Of a DNA stretch of 64,000 nt, positions 59,719-64,000 are shown in pieces. The translations under genes and the position numbers were made by a program. This stretch comes from an uncultured Acidobacteriota bacterium (GTDB lineage: Bacteria > Acidobacteriota > Vicinamibacteria > Vicinamibacterales > 2-12-FULL-66-21), in assembly GCA_963748295.1 (NCBI GenBank), contig CAVVIH010000005.1:459500-523499 (forward strand), given 5' to 3'. The notes under the pieces were generated by a model. The model made no database searches and was not told the DNA's origin. It saw only the letters and a list, made by a program, of their open reading frames with translations. The stretch's first letter is position 1. Every line of letters begins with the position of its first letter.

Positions 59719-61563
59719 TCAGGCTTCCACCGCTTCCATTACCGACAGCGCGCTCTCGACCGCGCCCGCCGACGTCGAAATCTGGAGTCCCTGCACCCTG
59801 GGACGAATCGCCGCCGCCGTCTCGCGGGCGATGGCAATCCCTTCGGCTGCCGCGCGCCCCGCCGCCTCGGCCCGGCGCATGCGATCGACGATGGTGTCGG
59901 GAACGCGCACACCCGGCACCTCGTTCGCCATGAACTCCGCGTGCCGCAGGCTTTCGAGTGGAATCACGCTGGCGATGATCGGGATGCGAAACGCGGCAAT
60001 CCTGTCGAGAAAACGTTCCAGCTCGCGGCAATCGAAGATTGGCTGCGTGATGGCAAACTCCGCTCCAGCCTCGACTTTGTACTGGAAGCGACGGATCTCG
60101 TCGTCCAGGCTCAACGCCGAGGGATTGGCGGCGACGCCGACGTGAAATCCCGTCGGCTGCCCGATTGACTGCTTGCCGATGTCGATGCCGCGATTCAGCG
60201 TGGCCACGACGTTGGTGAGCCCGATCGAGTCCACGTCGAAGACCGCGGTCGCGTCGGGATAGTCGCCAATCCTCGGCGGATCGCCCGTGACGATGAGCAG
60301 ATTCCGTACGCCCATCGAATGCGCGCCGAGCAGATCGGACTGCATGCCGAGCAGGTTGCGGTCGCGGCAGGCGAAATGGAGGATCGGCTCGAGACCGGCC
60401 TGCTGCTGCACCGTCACCGCCGCCGCGAGGGCGCTCATCCTGCCGGTGGCGCGCGGACCATCCGGGACGCTGACGAGATCGACGCCGTGGATCCGCAGTT
60501 GACGCGCCTGTTCGACCAGCGCTTCCGCGCGATAGCCGCGCGGCGGAACCAGTTCCACGCTGACGACGAACGTGCCGCGCGCCAGCGCATTCGCCATGCG
60601 CGACTTCTCGGCGGGCTTGACGATCTCGACCGGCGCCGCCGCGTCACCCTGATCCGCCGATCTGACGGTCTGCGACACTTTCGCCGGCGTCAGCGCGCGC
60701 ACGGCCAGCTTGATGTGGCGGATGTGCTCGGGTGTCGTCCCGCAGCAGCCGCCGACCAGCCGGACCCCGCTGTTGATGAAGCGGCGCGCGTACGACGCCA
60801 TGTACTCGGGCGAGCAGAGATAGATGTTGCGGCCCTCGATCTCGCGCGGACGGCCGGCGTTCGGCTGCGCCGACAGCCGCTTGCCCGACACGCGCGCCAT
60901 CCGTTCGATCGTCTCGAGCATCGCCGCCGGGCCGACGCTGCAGTTCAGCCCGACGACGTCGGCGCCATGCCGCTCGAGCTCGGGCACGAACGATTCCGGG
61001 GCGGCGCCGTCGAGCGAGTTGCCGCCCTCTTCGGTCGTCACCTGCGCGACGATCGGCAGATCGCAGACACCGCGCACGGCGCGGATTGCCGCGCCGATCT
61101 CGTTCAGATCGCGGAACGTCTCGAGCACGAACAAGTCGACGCCGCCTTCCAGCAGCGCGCGCGCCTGCTCGGTGAACCATGCTTCGGCTTCGTCGACGCC
61201 GGTGCGCCCCCACGGCTCGATGCGAATCCCGAGCGGGCCAATCGCCCCGGCCACCCACGCCTGCTCGCGCGCCGCATGACGCGCGATGCGCGCCCCCTGG
61301 ACGTTGACCGCATGCACGCGATCCGTGAGGTTGAACGCGGCGAGCTTCACCTTGTTGGCGCCGAAGGTGTTCGTCTCGATGATGTCGGCGCCCGCGCGCA
61401 CATACTGCTGGTGCACCTCGGCGACGAGATCCGGCTGCGTCAGGTTCAGCTCGTCGAACGATTTGTTCAGGAAGATCCCCTTCGCGTACAGCATCGTCCC
61501 CATCGCCCCGTCGCAGACGAGAACGCGGCGATCCAGCTCTTCGAGAAAGGGGGCCCTGAGCAT
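59719..61563 (-). CDS. Bifunctional homocysteine S-methyltransferase / 5,10-methylenetetrahydrofolate reductase (YitJ-type)
   Basis: The N-terminal part reads VLVCDGAMGTMLY...IETNTFGAN...GGCCGTTPEHI. The C-terminal MetF-like part reads VSVELVPPRG...LIVTGDPP. Confidence 0.85.
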   Translation of the reverse strand: MLRAPFLEELDRRVLVCDGAMGTMLYAKGIFLNKSFDELNLTQPDLVAEVHQQYVRAGADIIETNTFGANKVKLAAFNLTDRVHAVNVQGARIARHAAREQAWVAGAIGPLGIRIEPWGRTGVDEAEAWFTEQARALLEGGVDLFVLETFRDLNEIGAAIRAVRGVCDLPIVAQVTTEEGGNSLDGAAPESFVPELERHGADVVGLNCSVGPAAMLETIERMARVSGKRLSAQPNAGRPREIEGRNIYLCSPEYMASYARRFINSGVRLVGGCCGTTPEHIRHIKLAVRALTPAKVSQTVRSADQGDAAAPVEIVKPAEKSRMANALARGTFVVSVELVPPRGYRAEALVEQARQLRIHGVDLVSVPDGPRATGRMSALAAAVTVQQQAGLEPILHFACRDRNLLGMQSDLLGAHSMGVRNLLIVTGDPPRIGDYPDATAVFDVDSIGLTNVVATLNRGIDIGKQSIGQPTGFHVGVAANPSALSLDDEIRRFQYKVEAGAEFAITQPIFDCRELERFLDRIAAFRIPIIASVIPLESLRHAEFMANEVPGVRVPDTIVDRMRRAEAAGRAAAEGIAIARETAAAIRPRVQGLQISTSAGAVESALSVMEAVEA

Positions 61564-61569
61564 AACTCT

Positions 61570-62250
61570 TTATGGTACTTCGACTCGTTCGTATTCGAGC
61601 GAATCACCGTCTATCAGCACATACGAGCGCGACACGAGATCGAGGCCGACCGATCGCACACCCTGCCGATCGTGCTCGGTAAACCGGTGATGATGTCCGA
61701 ACAGGTGCAGCCGCGGCTGCATCTCCGCGAGGATCTCGTTCACCGGAGTCTTTCCCGCGTCGATGCCGCGCCGCGCCCCGGCCCCGCCGACCACGTAAGG
61801 CCTCGGCGCCTCGTGCGTCATCAGCACATCGACGTTCCGCAAACGCTTCGACGCCTCGACCTCTTCCCTGACAAAATGCCGGCGTCTGTCGGCGAGCTCG
61901 GTCGCCTTCGCGGTGCCTTTCTTCGGGTGTGGAAGCTCCTCCGCGCCGAGCTCGTACATCGTCGGCGCAAACGTTCCGCCCAGACCGGCCACCGTCAACG
62001 CGCCGATCCGCCGGGAGGTTCCATTCGGGAGGTACAGCAATCCGGGCGGCAGATCGCCCGACGCGATCAGATCGAAGTTCTCGTTGTTCCCCTTGATCCA
62101 GTGGACCGGCGCGCCCAGATCTTCGTAGCGGCCTCCGTCGTCGGCGATGTCGCCCACGCAAATCCAGAACGTCACGCCCGCGTGACTGCGGATTGCGCGC
62201 CGAGCCGCCTCGAAATCGCCGTGAATATCTCCTAGGGCGCCAAACTGCAA
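61570..62250 (-). CDS. Calcineurin-like metallophosphoesterase
   Basis: GDIHGD, VGDIADDG, GNNE and HHH motifs are present. The TTG start is immediately after the nuoI stop. Confidence 0.7.
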   Translation of the reverse strand: MQFGALGDIHGDFEAARRAIRSHAGVTFWICVGDIADDGGRYEDLGAPVHWIKGNNENFDLIASGDLPPGLLYLPNGTSRRIGALTVAGLGGTFAPTMYELGAEELPHPKKGTAKATELADRRRHFVREEVEASKRLRNVDVLMTHEAPRPYVVGGAGARRGIDAGKTPVNEILAEMQPRLHLFGHHHRFTEHDRQGVRSVGLDLVSRSYVLIDGDSLEYERVEVP

Positions 62251-62682
62251 TTACTTGGTCGCTGTCGTCGAAGCCGGCACCAGCAGATCGGCCTTATCCC
62301 AGATGAAGTCCTTGTTGCTGTAGACCGCCAGCTCGTAGTCCTTGCCCATGAAGATCGCCGAAACCGGGCAGGCTTCCTCGCAGAACCCGCAGAAGATGCA
62401 GCGCGTCTTGTGGATCTGATAGACCTTCGCGTAGCGCGGTCCTGCCTGAACGGTGCCGTCGTTCTCGGCGGCTTCGAGGTAAATCGCATCGGCCGGACAC
62501 GCCACCGCGCAGAGGCCGCACGCGACGCACTTCTCCAGGCCGCTTTCGTCGCGCATCAGGACCTGTTTTCCGCGGTACTTCGGGAAAACCGGCACCTTCT
62601 CGTCAGGGTAGTTGACCGTGATTTTCTTGGTAAAAAAGTGCTTGAGGGTCGTCGCAAAGCCGACGATGAGCGGACGGATCAT
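62251..62682 (-). CDS. nuoI: NADH-quinone oxidoreductase subunit I-like 2x[4Fe-4S] ferredoxin
   Basis: This is the last 143 codons of track ORF 62251-63939: MIRPLIVGFATTLKHFF...YPDEK...CVACGLCAVACP...CIFCGFCEEACP. GGAGG lies 7 nt upstream of ATG 62682. Confidence 0.8.
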   Translation of the reverse strand: MIRPLIVGFATTLKHFFTKKITVNYPDEKVPVFPKYRGKQVLMRDESGLEKCVACGLCAVACPADAIYLEAAENDGTVQAGPRYAKVYQIHKTRCIFCGFCEEACPVSAIFMGKDYELAVYSNKDFIWDKADLLVPASTTATK

Positions 62683-62775
62683 CCTCCGATCATACCGCGT
62701 AACTCGGCAAAACGACAAAGCCCGCGGCCAGGGCCATCCGGCCAAATTACGGCGGGTGCTATACTTACGGGGCCA

Positions 62776-64000
62776 ATGCCGCAGAACGGAGCCCGCTTCC
62801 TCACAGCGGAGCAGATTCTGCTCACAACCCTGATGGTCAAGCTCGCGGTTGTGGCAGTGCTTGCGACGATGCTCGTGCGGTTTCCGTGGTTCCGCCGCAT
62901 CCTTCTCACCGAAAAACGCGACTGGCCCGAGCGGCTGATTTTCGCCGCGAGCCTCGGTCTTCCGCTTACAGCCGGGGTCGTCGCCCGCGTGCTGCTGAAC
63001 TATGAAGCAGCCGACCTGACGCTCGCCGGATCGTTCCTGGCCGGCCTGCTGGCGGGTCCGTACGCCGGCGCGATTGTCGGCACGATGGTCGGGATCCCGG
63101 CGGTCGTCGCCGGTGAGTGGATTGCGCTGCCTTTCGCGGTCGGGTGCGGATTCGCCGGAGGCGGCCTGCGCGAGATCTGTCCAAAGGAAGCGATCTGGCA
63201 CTTCTCGCCGCTGTTCTTCACCGACCTGCACCGTCACATGTGGCGGCTCGTGCGGCGGTTTCAAATCGACTGGGTGGTCGTTCTGCTCGGCGCGCCGATC
63301 GGCCTCGAACTGACTCGGCAGGCGCTCGGCCACCGCTTCCACCACTATCGCATCTTCTATCACGAGCCTCCGACCTGGTGGCTCTACGCGCTCGTGGTGC
63401 TCGCGACGGTGCTCTGCGTGACGATTCCAATCAAGATCTGGAACAGCGCGCGCATCGAGCACCGGCTGCAGGAGCAGGAAAAGCTGCTGATGGCGGCGCG
63501 GGTGGAGGCGCTCGCGAGCCAGATCAACCCGCACTTCCTGTTCAATACGCTCACGTCGATCTCGTCGCTGATTCGATCGCAGCCGGAAACGGCGCGCACG
63601 GTCATCGTCAAGCTCTCGGGGCTGCTCCGCCGGCTGCTGCGCAGCCAGGAGCATTTCGTCACGCTTCGCGAAGAGCTCGAAGCGATTGACGAATACCTCG
63701 ACATCGAAACGGTGCGCTTCGGGCCGAAGCTGAAAGTCGAGAAGGACATCGATCCCGAAAGCCTCGACGTCGTCGTCCCGAGCATGCTGCTCCAGCCGCT
63801 GATCGAGAACTCGATCAAGCACGGCCTGGCGCCGAAGATCGGCGAAGGACGCATCACGATTCGCAGCGTCCGGCAGAACGGCCACGCCATCATCGACATC
63901 ATCGACAACGGGGTCGGCGTGAACGTGAACGCCGCGCATGCCGACCGCGTCAAGGACGGCGGAATCGGGCTGCGGAACGTCAACGAGCGGCTGCGTGTGA
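62776..64000 (+). CDS. LytS/YehU-type sensor histidine kinase (5TMR-LYT plus His_kinase plus HATPase), 3' partial
   Basis: It is absent from the track because there is no stop in the window. My translation from ATG 62776 gives MPQNGARFLTAEQILLTTLMVKLAVVAVL..., ASQINPHFLFNTLTSISSLI, LLQPLIENSIKHG and DNGVGV...GGIGLRNVNERL. Confidence 0.85.
   Translation, partial: MPQNGARFLTAEQILLTTLMVKLAVVAVLATMLVRFPWFRRILLTEKRDWPERLIFAASLGLPLTAGVVARVLLNYEAADLTLAGSFLAGLLAGPYAGAIVGTMVGIPAVVAGEWIALPFAVGCGFAGGGLREICPKEAIWHFSPLFFTDLHRHMWRLVRRFQIDWVVVLLGAPIGLELTRQALGHRFHHYRIFYHEPPTWWLYALVVLATVLCVTIPIKIWNSARIEHRLQEQEKLLMAARVEALASQINPHFLFNTLTSISSLIRSQPETARTVIVKLSGLLRRLLRSQEHFVTLREELEAIDEYLDIETVRFGPKLKVEKDIDPESLDVVVPSMLLQPLIENSIKHGLAPKIGEGRITIRSVRQNGHAIIDIIDNGVGVNVNAAHADRVKDGGIGLRNVNERLRV

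Noticed and set aside
62251-63939. 562-aa minus-strand ORF
   Set aside because: Only the last 143 codons (62251-62682) are NuoI-like, with their own GGAGG and ATG. The remainder is antisense to the clearly recognisable LytS-type kinase on the plus strand.

Overview
High-GC (roughly 65-70% by eye) bacterial chromosomal window. The gene content suggests Acidobacteriota or a related soil phylum (CarboxypepD_reg-type TonB receptor, DUF4159/DUF4175/BatA-MoxR operon); this taxonomic call is inference only. I found no rRNA, tRNA, CRISPR array, transposase or integrase.

Layout:
- 1-24.4 kb is a phosphate/oxyanion neighbourhood. It holds a DUF47 (PhoU-like) gene, a heavily frameshifted TonB-dependent receptor, pstSCA, arsC-arsM/arsR, an orphan OmpR/PhoB-type response regulator, chrA, glgC plus an OprP-like porin, two tandem HExxH proteins, CHAD-sixA-CHAD, ppx, two thymidylate-kinase-like genes, and then pstB-phoU.
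- 24.4-28.3 kb holds a repeat array, a yacG-like gene, gltA, an M28 peptidase and a LeuA-like gene.
- 28.3-48.2 kb is a 20-kb minus-strand gene string. It runs FHA-GAF-PP2C, ZnuA/ZnuB with an outer-membrane barrel, rhomboid, and an 8-gene TPR-peptidase/DUF4159/MoxR/DUF58/BatA/DUF4175/vWA/caspase-like operon.
- 48.3-64 kb holds two paralogous GT-C-like membrane proteins, a type-II-PKS-like ketosynthase, two ICMT-family methyltransferases, lon, a PmtA-like methyltransferase, nuoI-phosphoesterase-yitJ, and a 3'-partial LytS-type kinase.

Most notable observations:
- An 11-bp-phased GTWAC heptamer motif (candidate Pho box) lies upstream of every phosphate gene block and of the response regulator itself.
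- The pst operon is split by 15 kb of oxyanion and polyphosphate genes.
- The two Tmk-like genes form a pair in which one partner has a Lys-to-Arg Walker A.
- A roughly 24-unit heptanucleotide (CSACGTG) array fills a divergent promoter region.
- A dispersed AATCCGCG repeat family forms tandem arrays at two loci.

About 17 genes carry +/-1 frame slips, mostly at G/C runs. I suspect these are mainly assembly indels rather than real pseudogenes; the TonB receptor is the possible exception. All functional calls rest on motif recognition by eye, with no database searches.
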